A stretch of 63,387 nt of DNA, the filler included, from Candidatus Tectimicrobiota bacterium (lineage in GTDB: Bacteria; JACPSX01): NCBI GenBank assembly GCA_016193065.1. It is 9 parts of 9 records of this genome, joined end to end, with 100 filler letters (N's around TTAATTAATTAA, not from the genome) between each part and the next. Parts side by side here need not be neighbours in the genome. Positions count along the whole stretch, not along the records: positions 25,241 to 31,220 come from JACPSX010000074.1; positions 31,321 to 41,607 come from JACPSX010000028.1; 7 more parts are not named here. One strand, given 5' to 3'. Made by a program: the position numbers and the translations under genes. Shown in pieces: positions 30,684-41,707 of this stretch. Numbering within the stretch: position 1 is the first letter of the stretch; every line of letters begins with the position of its first letter. The notes under the pieces were generated by a model that did not search any database, was not told the DNA's origin, and saw only the letters and a program-made list of their open reading frames with translations.

Positions 30684-31220
30684 ATGCATTGGAAAGGGGG
30701 GCTTGCTATCGCGCTCGTGGCCGCACTGGTTCTGGGAGCCTCGGGCGCCATGGCCGCGGAGACCTACAAGATTGGAGCCATCTTCGCCATTACCGGACCC
30801 GCATCGTCCCTGGGAATTCCCGAGAGGAACACCGCCTTGCTGATCCAGGACGAGATCAACAAGAAGGGAGGCATCCGGGGGCCCGACGGCCAGATGCATC
30901 CCGTCCAGATCGTCATCTATGATACCGCGAGCGAGGAAACCAAGACCGTTCTGGCGACCAAGAAGCTGATCGAGGAGGATCGAGTTTCAGCCATTGTCGG
31001 ACCCACCCAGAGCGGAGAAAGCCTGGCCATCGTGGACACCGTACAAAAGGCCCAGATCCCGCTCATCTCAGCAGCGGCCAGCATAAAGATCGTCGAGCCC
31101 GTCAAGGATCGCAAATGGGTGTTCAAGACCCCCCAGAGCGATACTCTGATCGCTTCCGTGCTGATCGACTTCTTGAAGAAAAAAAACCTCTCCAAGACGG
31201 CTTTTCTTAGTGTCAACAAT
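30684..31220 (+). CDS. LivK-like ABC substrate-binding protein (3' partial)
   Basis: Signal peptide, YKIGAIFAITGPASSLG, INKKGGI, AIVGPT. Confidence 0.9.
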
Positions 31221-31320
31221 NNNNNNNNNNNNNNNNNNNNNNNNNNNNNNNNNNNNNNNNNNNNTTAATTAATTAANNNNNNNNNNNNNNNNNNNNNNNN
31301 NNNNNNNNNNNNNNNNNNNN

Positions 31321-32734
31321 TGCCATCGGGGCCTGGGGTGAGCTTGGGACCGCAGTTGTCTCCCTGGATCGCTCCGGGAACGTCCATGGCCCCGACGATC
31401 GTGTTGAGCACCTTGGAGGCGAGCTGGACGAGCTGCCCGTCCTTGTGGGCGATGGTCCCTCTTTTTACCCAGATCGCGACGGGGCGGAAGGGGAACTCGT
31501 AGCCGTCCAGGGTGATCGTGCTGCCGATGCGGGCCTCGGTGACGAAGTCGCGGGCGATTTGCCGGATCATCTTGGCGGGGATCGCGGTGATCTGGGAGGC
31601 CCAGTCGGCGGTGTACTGGGCGAGATGTTCCTTCAGGATCTGGAAGGCGGGCTTTACGGTTTCCTTGCGCACCGTGAAAGTCCCCTCCAGCGCCGGGTCC
31701 TGGAGCGTGGGGTCGTCGAAGGGTTTTGCCTTACCCGTCGCGGCGTCCCAAATCAGGGGCTTGTTCGATTTGGGATCGCGCAGGTAATCGCCGGAGGCGG
31801 TGATCAGGTAGGGGCCGTTGGTCCGTCCCTTGAGGAATTCCACGTCGTAGATGCCGATCTCGTTCACGATGGTGTTGGTGACCGCCAGGACAAAGGGGAG
31901 CTCGGTGCCGGGGCGGATGGGGACCCACTGGGTGGCCTTGGAAGCCTCCGGGCCGCAGCGGGGATCCACGACCACGGCCTTCATGCCGCGCTCCAATGCG
32001 TTTACGTACTGGCGTCCGGATCCTTTGGCAAGGGCCCAGTTGGCCCCGAAGCTCGTGCCGATCAGGAGGGCGTAGTTGCAGCGCTCCAGGTCCACGCGAT
32101 CCGTGAACGTTCCGTGGGTGGAGAGGGGTGCGTAGTGAACGGCGCACAGGGGACCGTTCGTGTGAATGCTGTTTGGGGTACCGAAGGCTTCCGAGAAGAT
32201 CGTCCATCCGATGGGATCGGAGTCCGGAAAGCTCCCGAAGCCCGAATTGACCACCAGTTTCCTCGGATCTTCGGACTTGATCTTGCGGAGCCTCTTGGCG
32301 ATCGTGTCGAGCGCTTCATCCCAGGAGATTTCCACCCAGCCAGGGTCCACGTCGAGACCCTTCTGGGGATTGGTCCGCTTCAGGGGTGCCTTGACCCGGT
32401 ACGGGTTGTAGAGGTTCATGATCATCCCCTGCCCGCGGGGGCAGAGGGTCCCCTGGTTGTACGGGTTCTTGGGGTCTCCCCGGACATGCGTGACGATTCC
32501 GTTCTGAGTGCGCACGATGGTACTGCATTCAGGCATCATGCACATGCGACAGAAGCTGTAGTGCCACTGCTCGGGTTCCGGGGGCTGCGGCTGCGCGGCG
32601 CAGCGGGGGGCAAGGACGCTCACTGTGCCGCCGGCGATGGTGGAACCCAGTGCGGCGAGGGCGGAGAGTTGTAGGAAATCCCTACGGGAAAGAGTAGATT
32701 TGTGAGCGGTAAGAGGCGAAGCTTCGTTTGACAC
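31321..32734 (-). CDS. Tat-exported molybdopterin oxidoreductase catalytic subunit, DMSO-reductase family (3' partial)
   Basis: Tat motif SRRDFLQ, CRMCMMPEC...LCPRG Fe-S motif, ISWDEALD, VVDPR, WVPIRPGT. Confidence 0.9.
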
Positions 32735-32988
32735 GGCGTGACCTCCCAGCAATAAGAAGGTGCCCAGCAAACATCACTTGCCCCCCAATTTGAGGATCAG
32801 ATCCATGCAGGAGGGGTTCTTTCCTCCCAGGGCCTCCTGTTTTAAATCTAGATTTGGGCCGGGGACTGTCAATACGAAATGGGATGATCGTGTAAATTAA
32901 TTTTACATTCCTTGGACCCGGAGAGGCGGTATCCCATGCAGATCAACAGGGCGGTGGAGAAATGCAACGGCGCAAATCCCTCAGGCGT

Positions 32989-34242
32989 TTACGTTTCGGA
33001 GGATGATTTCCCGGGCAGCTCCGCTCCATTGAGTTTCATGTCCTTCGTGATCACCACCAACCCGGACTCGGTGACTGTGAAGCGCCTGCAGTCCTCTTCC
33101 GGATCAATACCGATTTCGGTGTTCGGTGGAATGATCACATCGTTGTCAACGATGGCCCGTTTGATGCGGCAGCGCTCTCCGACCACCACGTTTTCCATCA
33201 GGATGGAATTGTACACTTCGGCGTGGTCGTTCACGCGGACGTGGGGAGACAGGACCGAGTTCTGCACCCGCCCGCCGCTGATGATGCAACCTCCGCAAAC
33301 GATCGAGTCCAGCGCGATCCCCAGCCGGCCCCCCGGGAATTCCTGGGCAAACACGAACTTGGCCGGAGGGAACTGGCGCTGGTAGGTGCGGATCGGCCAG
33401 TCCTGGTCATAAAGATTAAACAGAGGGTCCACCGACACCAGGTCCACGTTCGCTTCCCAGTACGCGTCCAGCGTCCCGATATCCCGCCAGTACTTCACCG
33501 TTTTCTTGTTCTCGTCCTTGAAATTATACGCAAAAACCCGACCGTCCTTAATCATCCGGGGGATAATGTTCTTGCCAAAGTCATGGTCGGTGTCGCACTT
33601 GGCGTCTTCCATCAAGTGTTCCTTAAGGACATTGGTTCTAAAGAGGTAGATGCCCATGGAAACGAAGGCGCAAGTCGGGTCATCCGGCAGGGGGGCCAGA
33701 GTCTTGGGCTTCTCGTCAAACCCCATAATCCGGTACTCCGGGTCCACCTGGATGACGCCGAACTGGCTAGCCGCCTCCAGCGGGAACTCAATGGCCGCCA
33801 CGACTGCGTCCGCCTTCTTGAACTGAAGGTAGTCGTACATTTCCTGATAGTTCATCTTGTAAATGTGATCTCCCGCCAGGACCAGGAGGTATTCCGCACC
33901 CTCACTTTCCACCAGAAACAGGTTCTGATACACCGCGTCAGCCGTGCCCTTATACCAGTCCTGGCTGATCCGCTGCTGAGGCGGGAACCCAAAAATGAAC
34001 TCGCCCAGTTCATGGTTCAAAATATTCCAGCCGTAACGGAGATGGCGGACAAGCGAGAGGGATCTGTACTGGATCAGCACGGCCACCTTGCGGAGATTGG
34101 AGTTCAGGCAGTTGCTCAGGGTGAAATCAATGATCCGGTACTGGCCCCCGAAGGGGACCGCGGGTTTGGCGTGGTGGAGGGTGAGGGGATGCAGGCGTTC
34201 CCCCTTCCCTCCGGCGAGGACCATGGCCAGGACGTTTTTCAT
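32989..34242 (-). CDS. glgC: Glucose-1-phosphate adenylyltransferase
   Basis: VLAGGKGERLHPLT..HAKPAVPFGGQYRIIDFTLSN, WYKGTADAV, DFGKNIIP, YWRDIGT. Confidence 0.97.
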   Translation of the reverse strand: MKNVLAMVLAGGKGERLHPLTLHHAKPAVPFGGQYRIIDFTLSNCLNSNLRKVAVLIQYRSLSLVRHLRYGWNILNHELGEFIFGFPPQQRISQDWYKGTADAVYQNLFLVESEGAEYLLVLAGDHIYKMNYQEMYDYLQFKKADAVVAAIEFPLEAASQFGVIQVDPEYRIMGFDEKPKTLAPLPDDPTCAFVSMGIYLFRTNVLKEHLMEDAKCDTDHDFGKNIIPRMIKDGRVFAYNFKDENKKTVKYWRDIGTLDAYWEANVDLVSVDPLFNLYDQDWPIRTYQRQFPPAKFVFAQEFPGGRLGIALDSIVCGGCIISGGRVQNSVLSPHVRVNDHAEVYNSILMENVVVGERCRIKRAIVDNDVIIPPNTEIGIDPEEDCRRFTVTESGLVVITKDMKLNGAELPGKSSSET

Positions 34243-34584
34243 GAGAATTCCCCGGGTTCTCTTTTCAAAGCGCCGAGGTTCTTGACGCGTTCCCGGCTGG
34301 CGTCTCAATGCTCCTCCTGGAAAGAAGTCTTTCATGTTTAAATCTACGTTCGGGCAGTATGTTGTCAATACAAACGGGGAAATGGTGTCGATTATTGCTA
34401 CAGTGCCAGTGTACTGAATCTGTGACCTGTTGGAAAGCAAAAGCGAGCGGATTTGGGAAGTTTCAACGGCGCGGGAGGTTTCCGGTGCAGGTGGTGCTCC
34501 CGGACTGCCAAGAAAACACTAGACAGAAAATCTGCCGCTGTTTATAAAAGAAAAGTTTGTGCGCAATAAGGTGGAAGGGACTTT

Positions 34585-36651
34585 ATGGGAAAATATCGCG
34601 TCTCGGTCGACACTGGAGGCACCTTTACGGATTTTGTCTTCTACGAGGAGGCAAGCAACTCCTTTTCCGTCACCAAGGCGCCATCCACCCCTGAGGATCC
34701 CTCCCGGGCGATCCTGACTGGAATCCAGGAGCTGCTGGGGCAAGGGGTCCAGCCCTCCGAAATCGTCTTCTTCTCTCATGGCACCACCGTGGGTACCAAT
34801 GCCCTTTTGGAGGGGAAAGGGGTACGCACAGGACTGCTGGCTACGGAAGGTTTTCGAGGGATTTACGAGGTCCAGGAGCAGGCCCGTCCCTATGGCCCTC
34901 CGGTCTTTGACGTGATGTACGATCGCCCCCCTTTGCTGGTCCCTCCGTACTTGACCGGCGAAGTTCCCGAGCGCATCGGTTCCGAGGGGGAGGAGCTTCG
35001 CCCCCTGGACATGGAACGGACCCGGGTCCTGGTAGACCTCTTGAAGGAACGAAAGGTCGAGTCTATTGCCGTCTGCCTCCTGTTTTCCTTTCTGAACCCG
35101 GAACATGAGCGGGTAGTGGCCGAGATCATCCGGTCCCGGCATCCGGCCTGCACGGTCTCACTCTCATCGGAAGTGCTTCCCCAGATCCGGGAATACCTGC
35201 GCTTGAGCACGACGGTCATCAACGCCACGATCCAACCGATTCTGGCCCGTTACATGGAAAAGCTGGATGAGCGTCTGCGCAGCAGCGGGGTGACCACGGC
35301 GCAGAAATACATCATGCAGTCCAATGGGGGAGTGACCACCGTGCCGAAAGCTCCCGAAAGGGCGGTCACCACGGTTCTCTCGGGGCCGGCGGGAGGAGTC
35401 ATTGCCGGAGTGGAAATCGGGCGGCAGGCGGGTTTCCCCGATCTCATCACGCTGGATATCGGGGGAACGAGCTGCGATGTGGCCCTCATTCAGGGCGGAG
35501 TTCCCGCACTGCGCACCCAGGGAGAGATGGAGGGGAGGCACATCGCCGTCCCCATGCTCGATATTCACACCCTGAGCGCTGGCGGCGGGACGATGGCGCG
35601 GGTCGATTCCGTGGGGGTCTTGCACGTGGGTCCCGAAAGCGCCGGGGCCATGCCCGGCCCGGTCTGTTACGGCCAGGGCGGGGAACATCCGACGATCACG
35701 GATGCGAATCTTCTCCTGGGGTATCTGAACCCGGAGAATTTCCTCGGGGGGCGGATGAGCCTGCGCAAAGACCTAGCTGCCGCCGCCATCAAGAAGAAAA
35801 TTGCCGACCCTCTGGGTATGGACGTGCTGGCCGCCGCCGAGGGAATCGTCCGCATTGTGAACGTGAAGATGGAGGAGGGGATCAAATCGATCTCCTCCAA
35901 GCGGGGCTACGACCTGCGGGAGTTTACGCTGATGGCCTTCGGGGGAGCGGGGCCCCTGCACGGGGCCCGCATGGCCGCGGACCTGGGGATTCCCCGGGTG
36001 CTCGTGCCCCCTCACCCCGGCGTGACTTCGGCCCTGGGGCTTCTCATGGCCCACGTGCGGCACGACTACGTGCGCTCGCGCTTGAGCCCGCTGCTGGGCC
36101 TGGCTCCCGAGGAGATCAACCGGACCTATGAGGATCTGGCTCGGGAGGCGCGCCGGGATCTGGCCGAGGAGGGATTTGCCGAGCGGGAGACGGCCCTGGA
36201 ACTGGGCCTCGACCTGCGCTACAGCGGCCAGAGTTACGAGGTGACCATCCCGCTGGAGGAGTTTCCCGTGCGGGCGGAGACCTTACCTCGTGTGCGCTCC
36301 CGGTTTGACGAGATGCACGAGAAGCTCTTCGGGCACCGGGCCGAAGGGGAAGAGGTCGAGGTGGTCAACTACCGGGTGGTCGGGGTGGGACTCGTCCCGC
36401 GGGTGGAACTTCCCCGCCAGCAGGCGCAGGGGATCCCCCTTTCCCGGGCCCTGCGCGGTGAGCGGCCTGTCACGTACGGTCCGCCCTGGGGAACCGTCGC
36501 CTGCCCGATCTACGATCGGCAGGCGCTTGACGTGGAGTGCACGATCCGTGGGCCTGCGGTCATTGAGCAGTTGGATTCCACCGTGGTGATCCTTCCCGAT
36601 CAGAAGGCCGTGGTGGACCCGTATGGCAACCTGATCATCGAGACTTCGTAA
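34585..36651 (+). CDS. hyuA: Hydantoinase/oxoprolinase A (N-methylhydantoinase A-like)
   Basis: DTGGTFTD, HGTTVGTNALLE, SGPAGG, DIGGTSCD, GPESAGAMPGP, FGGAGPLH. Confidence 0.92.
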   Translation: MGKYRVSVDTGGTFTDFVFYEEASNSFSVTKAPSTPEDPSRAILTGIQELLGQGVQPSEIVFFSHGTTVGTNALLEGKGVRTGLLATEGFRGIYEVQEQARPYGPPVFDVMYDRPPLLVPPYLTGEVPERIGSEGEELRPLDMERTRVLVDLLKERKVESIAVCLLFSFLNPEHERVVAEIIRSRHPACTVSLSSEVLPQIREYLRLSTTVINATIQPILARYMEKLDERLRSSGVTTAQKYIMQSNGGVTTVPKAPERAVTTVLSGPAGGVIAGVEIGRQAGFPDLITLDIGGTSCDVALIQGGVPALRTQGEMEGRHIAVPMLDIHTLSAGGGTMARVDSVGVLHVGPESAGAMPGPVCYGQGGEHPTITDANLLLGYLNPENFLGGRMSLRKDLAAAAIKKKIADPLGMDVLAAAEGIVRIVNVKMEEGIKSISSKRGYDLREFTLMAFGGAGPLHGARMAADLGIPRVLVPPHPGVTSALGLLMAHVRHDYVRSRLSPLLGLAPEEINRTYEDLAREARRDLAEEGFAERETALELGLDLRYSGQSYEVTIPLEEFPVRAETLPRVRSRFDEMHEKLFGHRAEGEEVEVVNYRVVGVGLVPRVELPRQQAQGIPLSRALRGERPVTYGPPWGTVACPIYDRQALDVECTIRGPAVIEQLDSTVVILPDQKAVVDPYGNLIIETS

Positions 36652-36669
36652 GGCCATACGGAAAGAGTC

Positions 36670-36765
36670 CCGTTCGTGGTTCGACCAGGCTCACCACGAA
36701 CGGAGAATCGTGAAACGTTGCAAGGTAGCTGCCGTTCGCCCTGAGCTGGTCGAAGGGTGAACGGC
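36670..36765. repeat. Pair of inverted REP-like hairpins
   Basis: ccgttcgtggt...accacgaacgg (36670-36703) and gccgttcgccct...agggtgaacggc (36731-36765); same family as 21547-21655. Confidence 0.8.
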
Positions 36766-36860
36766 TAGAAACATGCGGTGGACCGCGCAGACCGGGGGGA
36801 CTCAACGATGGGGAATGATGCGGAGTCCGGATCATGGTGAAGCGGAAATAGGAGGGAAAT

Positions 36861-38618
36861 GTGACCGAGGCCTCCCTCAAGCGGACCGTGGACGCCATTA
36901 CCTTTCAGGTGATCAACGCCCGGTTCCTGGGAATCGTGCAGGAGATGCTCAATTCCCTGTTTCGCACGGGGTACTCCACCATCGTGCGGGAATCGAACGA
37001 CGGCAGTTGCGCCATCATGGACCGGCACGGGCGAGTGGTGTCCCAGCAGGTGGTTTTGCCCCTGCACATGGGCGCTTTTCCCGCTTGCATGGCAGGGATT
37101 TTTTCCCGCTATCCGGTGGCGGAAATGGAGGAAGGGGACGCCTTTCTGATCAACCACCCATACGAAGGGGGGAGCCCCCACGCGCCGGATCTGGCCGTCA
37201 TCACTCCGGTTTTTCATGAAGGCGAGGTGGTGGCCTTTTGCGGGGCCATGGCCCACAAGAGCGATATCGGCGGCCCCGTGCCCGGCAGTTGCTCGGGGCA
37301 GGCCCGCGAGATCTTTAATGAGGGACTCCACCTGCCCGCGGTGAAGTACTGCTCCCGGTTTTCCCCGAGCCGGGAAGTGGAGGCGATTATCGGGGCCAAC
37401 AGCCGCACCCCCGAGCTGGTTCTGGGTGACATCCGGGGGCAACTGGGCGCCGACCGGCTGGGGGAGCGCCGGGTGCAGGAGGCCTTTCGCAAGTATGGTG
37501 TGGAAGATGTCCTGGCTACCTTCTCCCAACTCTTTGAGGTAAGCGAGAAGAGGCTCCGCCAGGAGATTCGCCAGTGGAATGACGGGGTCTACGAAGCCGA
37601 GCGCTTCGTGGACGATGACGGGATCCACCTGGGAAAACCAATCCGGGTCCACGTCACGGTTCACAAGAGCGGGGATCGTATCCTCTTTGACTTCACTCAA
37701 TCCGCAGATCAGACCCAGGGGCCGGCCAACATCCGTCCGCCACTGGTTAAGGCCGCCTGCGCCTACTGTCTCATCGCCCTCACCGACCCCTACATGGACG
37801 TCAACTCGGGTCTCCTGGAAGTGGTGGGGCTGCGCCTGCGGGAGGGGAGCGTTTTGAATCCCAGGTTCCCGGCTTCAGTGAATACGTACAACCCCACGGT
37901 GCACGCCACCATCGACGGGATTTTCGAAGCGTTGAGCCGTGTGGTTCCTCATCGCAAGCGGGCCGACGGCTGCGGAAACCGCTCCATTATCCTGGGAGGC
38001 CGCCACGCCAAAACGGGAAAGAGCTACATCCAATATGAGATTGTTTACGGCGGGACGGGTGGGCGGCTGGGCAAGGACGGGATTTCCGGCTGCAGCGTCA
38101 ATCACGGCAATGCCAAGATCGCCCCTGTGGAGATCATCGAGTCCGAGTTTTCCGTGCGGCTGCGGCGCTTCGAGCTCATCGCCGATTCGGGAGGGGCCGG
38201 ACAGTTCCGGGGCGGCCTGGGGATCCTCCGGGAGTACGAGAACCTGCGGGAAGCCCGCTTTTCCTTGCGTTCTTCCAAGCACGTAATTCCCCCCCTGGGC
38301 CTCGAAGGAGGGCTTACGGGAAGGCTGGGAGCCCTGCTGATCAATCCAGGGACCGAGCGGGAGAAGCGGCTCCCGACCCGGTATTCCGATTATCCCCTGC
38401 AACTCGGAGACGTGTTCCGCCTGGAGACCCCAGGGGGAGGAGGGCTCGGGGATCCCAGGAAGCGAGATCCCGAGAAGGTTTGCTGGGATGTTCTGAACGG
38501 CTACGTTTCCGAGGAAAAGGCCCGGGAGCTTTACGGCGTGGTTCTCAAAAGATCGGGGGAAACGCTCATGGTTGACGTGGACTCCACCACGAAGCTCCGT
38601 GAATCCCAATCCCGGTAA
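36861..38618 (+). CDS. hyuB: Hydantoinase B/oxoprolinase
   Basis: YSTIVRESNDGS, NHPYEGGSPHAPD, HKSDIGG, DSGGAGQFRGG, TPGGGGLGDP. Confidence 0.92.
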   Translation: MTEASLKRTVDAITFQVINARFLGIVQEMLNSLFRTGYSTIVRESNDGSCAIMDRHGRVVSQQVVLPLHMGAFPACMAGIFSRYPVAEMEEGDAFLINHPYEGGSPHAPDLAVITPVFHEGEVVAFCGAMAHKSDIGGPVPGSCSGQAREIFNEGLHLPAVKYCSRFSPSREVEAIIGANSRTPELVLGDIRGQLGADRLGERRVQEAFRKYGVEDVLATFSQLFEVSEKRLRQEIRQWNDGVYEAERFVDDDGIHLGKPIRVHVTVHKSGDRILFDFTQSADQTQGPANIRPPLVKAACAYCLIALTDPYMDVNSGLLEVVGLRLREGSVLNPRFPASVNTYNPTVHATIDGIFEALSRVVPHRKRADGCGNRSIILGGRHAKTGKSYIQYEIVYGGTGGRLGKDGISGCSVNHGNAKIAPVEIIESEFSVRLRRFELIADSGGAGQFRGGLGILREYENLREARFSLRSSKHVIPPLGLEGGLTGRLGALLINPGTEREKRLPTRYSDYPLQLGDVFRLETPGGGGLGDPRKRDPEKVCWDVLNGYVSEEKARELYGVVLKRSGETLMVDVDSTTKLRESQSR

Positions 38619-39783
38619 CTCGATCCCCTCGCCTGCGGACCGCCGCCATTTTCTTATTCTCAACCTCGCTCTCTTTGTCTCCTCACTGGGGATGGGCATC
38701 GTGGTCCCCTTACTCCCCATCTATGCCAGCCAGATGGGAGCTTCGGGTCTCAGCCTCGGGATCTTCTTTGCCAGCTTCAACGTCTCCCGCGGGCTTGCCA
38801 TGCCCTTCATGGGAAGGCTCTCCGATCGAACCGGGCGCAAGCGCTTTCTGTCCGTGGGCTTGTTTGCCTACACCCTCCTTTCTCTGGCCTACGTGGCCTC
38901 CCGGGATATTTATGCACTGACCCTCACGCGCACTCTGCAAGGAATCGCCTCGGCCATGGTAGTCCCCATCGGGATGGCCTATGCGGGGGATCTTTCCCCT
39001 CCGGGAAGGGAGGGGACCTACATGGGTATCCTCAACGTCTCTCTGTTTGGCGGCTTCGGCTTTGGCCCGTTCCTGGGAGGAGTTCTCTCGGACCAGTTCG
39101 GGATCGACGCCGGCTTCTATGCCATGGGTTTCTTAAGCCTGGCCACGCTCATTTTAGTCCTCGTCCGCCTTCCAGGAGAGCCCGTGTGGAGAGCCGAGGA
39201 GGGCCAGCAACTTCTCCCCATGGCCCGTATTTTAAAGGAGCGCTTCCTGATGGGGATCCTCTCCTTTCGCCTGGCCAATGCCGTAAGCCGGGGCTTGTAC
39301 GTTTCGTTTTTGCCCCTCTTTGCAAGCCTGGAGGGAGGGCTTTCGAGTTCCGAAATCGGGATCGTGATTTCGGCGAACCTTCTGATCACCGCGGTGCTTC
39401 AAGCTCCAGCGGGGAGGCTGGCCGATCTGGCAAGCCGGCGGGTGCTGGTCACCGCCGGCGGGCTCGCCTATGCAGTCCTTTTCGGGGTTCTCCCCCTGTC
39501 TTCCAGCTTTTCTTCGTTGCTCGTGATCAGCATCCTGCTGGGAGGAGCCGGCGCCCTTCCGCTGCCGGCCGCCACCGCCCTGATGGCTGACCGGGGGCGG
39601 GGCTACGGGATGGGGACGCTGATGGCGTCCTTCAATATGGCGCAGAGCGTGGGCATGGTGGTGGGACCTTTGCTGGGGGGATTTCTCATGGATGCCTCCG
39701 GGCTCCTCTCTGTTTTCGTCATGGGCGGAGTGGCGGGGATTGCCGGAAGCGGGATCTTCTATTACCGCACGGCCAAAGCCTGA
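38599..39783 (+). CDS. MFS transporter (DHA1-like)
   Basis: GMGIVVPLLPIYA, motif A GRLSDRTGRK, about 12 TM. Confidence 0.9.
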   Translation: MNPNPGNSIPSPADRRHFLILNLALFVSSLGMGIVVPLLPIYASQMGASGLSLGIFFASFNVSRGLAMPFMGRLSDRTGRKRFLSVGLFAYTLLSLAYVASRDIYALTLTRTLQGIASAMVVPIGMAYAGDLSPPGREGTYMGILNVSLFGGFGFGPFLGGVLSDQFGIDAGFYAMGFLSLATLILVLVRLPGEPVWRAEEGQQLLPMARILKERFLMGILSFRLANAVSRGLYVSFLPLFASLEGGLSSSEIGIVISANLLITAVLQAPAGRLADLASRRVLVTAGGLAYAVLFGVLPLSSSFSSLLVISILLGGAGALPLPAATALMADRGRGYGMGTLMASFNMAQSVGMVVGPLLGGFLMDASGLLSVFVMGGVAGIAGSGIFYYRTAKA

Positions 39784-40098
39784 GGGTGCAGGGCAGGAGC
39801 TAACGGCCCGCGTACACCCCTGGATGTCATAAAGACTCGATAGGTCCTAATAATTATCAAAAAATCATTGTATAGTAGACAAACGTCTAGTATATTTCAT
39901 GTAAATTTCTGCCAGGAGGAAAAGTGTTGAGATTGCCGATCCTGCGACCGCTGCAAATGATTGCCTCTTGCAGGACCTATCATAGGAAACTCTTTGACTT
40001 TCTTTTCCCCGAGATATACAAGCAAATTCTGGCTGGGCTCAAGAGAGACGCGAATCACGGGAATGCCAGCTTCCTGACTAAGGCGAGGCTGACTACCA

Positions 40099-40699
40099 TT
40101 GAGTGATCAGAGCGGCATTGAGTGGACTGACTCGACGTGGAATCCGGTAACAGGTTGCACGAAGATTAGCCCAGGGTGCAAAAACTGTTATGCGGAGCGT
40201 CTAGCTCTACGTCTCAAGGCGATGAGAAATCCTCGGTATAGGAACGGGTTCTCGGTAACCTTACAGCCTGACCAGCTCACACTGCCTCTCCGATGGCACC
40301 GGCCCAGGCGCATCTTCGTCAACAGCATGAGCGACCTTTTCCATGAGAAGGTTCCTGAAGACTACATCCACCGTATTTTCGAAATCATGACGCGAGCCGA
40401 TTGGCATATATTCCAGATTCTCACCAAGCGCAGCGACCGGTTGGCCTCTCTTGCACCGCACCTGCCATGGGCGCCCAATATTTGGCAGGGAGTTTCGATT
40501 GAAAACGCCCGGTACACTCGGCGCATTTTTCACCTGCGGAGATCAATGTCTCATTGCTGGCGTACCTTTCTTTTTCAAGCAATGGGGCGGCAGGACTCCA
40601 AAATCTGGCGGTCGAGTGCTAGATGGAAGAACCTGGAACCAGACGCCCGACCATTCCAGATTAGACATGGCGAAATTTGCGATCCCTTTGGTTTCATAG
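40099..40699 (+). CDS. DUF5131 (phage Gp37/Gp68) family protein, internal deletion or frameshift near 40538
   Basis: [45 protein letters not shown]; second frame DQC...[10 protein letters not shown]. The EPLLG/GGESG block is missing. Confidence 0.9.
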
Positions 40700-40714
40700 T
40701 GGAGTAATGCGTTA

Positions 40715-41550
40715 ATGGAGCGAGAGGATACCATTGGAGCATGGTCTCTTGAGAAGCTCGGTTTAGTAAGAAAGTACTTGGAGGCATATGTTCTGGTCCT
40801 AAGAAAGCAGAGCTGGTGCAGGGGTTACGAGTATATCGATGCATTTGCAGGAACAGGAAAACCAAAATCCCGCGACGAGCAGAAATACGTAGATGGATCA
40901 CCACGCATAGCTCTGGGCCTCTCGCATCCGTTCAGCAGGTATCATTTCATCGAGAGCAGCAATTGGCGGATTAAGAAACTCGAAAGGCTGAAACAAGAAT
41001 TGCCTAATCGTCATATTTTAATTCACCCGGGAGATTGTAATGCAATTCTCTGCAACGAAATAGTCCCAAATATNNNNNNNNNNNNNNNNNNNNNNNNNNN
41101 NNNNNNNNNNNNNNNNNNNNNNNNNNNNNNNNNCAGCTGGAATGGAACACCTTGGAAGAGATCGCTCGAACAGGAACAATTGAGGTATTTCTGAATTTCC
41201 CTGTAATGGCTATCAACAGAAATGTTCGTCGAAGGCGAACAGAGGATATCCCTTCCTCCGTCAAAGAGCGTATGGACCGTTTCTGGGGGACCAAGGACTG
41301 GATGGCCGAGTTCTTTGAAGAAGAACAAACTTTGTTTGGTCCAGAGACAGTCCCAATCGGGCAATCAGGCAAAGAATTGGGTCAGCGCTTTCGGAATCGG
41401 ATGAAAGAGATATTCCGTCATTGCGCAGTCCCACTACTTATGACCAATAGTAAAAATGCTCCCCTCTATTGCTTGATCTTTGCGGGACACAACGCAACCG
41501 GTGTTAGAATCGCTGAGGATATCTTTAAGAAATTCCTTAGGATGGGCTAA
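40715..41550 (+). CDS. tcmP: Three-Cys-motif partner protein (TcmP-like, SAM-methyltransferase-like fold); spans N gap
   Basis: GAWSLEKL..YL.AY, YIDAFAGTG, DGSPRIAL, FIE, GDCN, EVFLNFP, PLYCLIFA; directly downstream of DUF5131. Confidence 0.85.
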
Positions 41551-41707
41551 TTTCCCCAGTGGCTATGCATTAAATGAACATAGCGGGGCAGATTGCGCAA
41601 CTAAGAGNNNNNNNNNNNNNNNNNNNNNNNNNNNNNNNNNNNNNNNNNNNNTTAATTAATTAANNNNNNNNNNNNNNNNNNNNNNNNNNNNNNNNNNNNN
41701 NNNNNNN

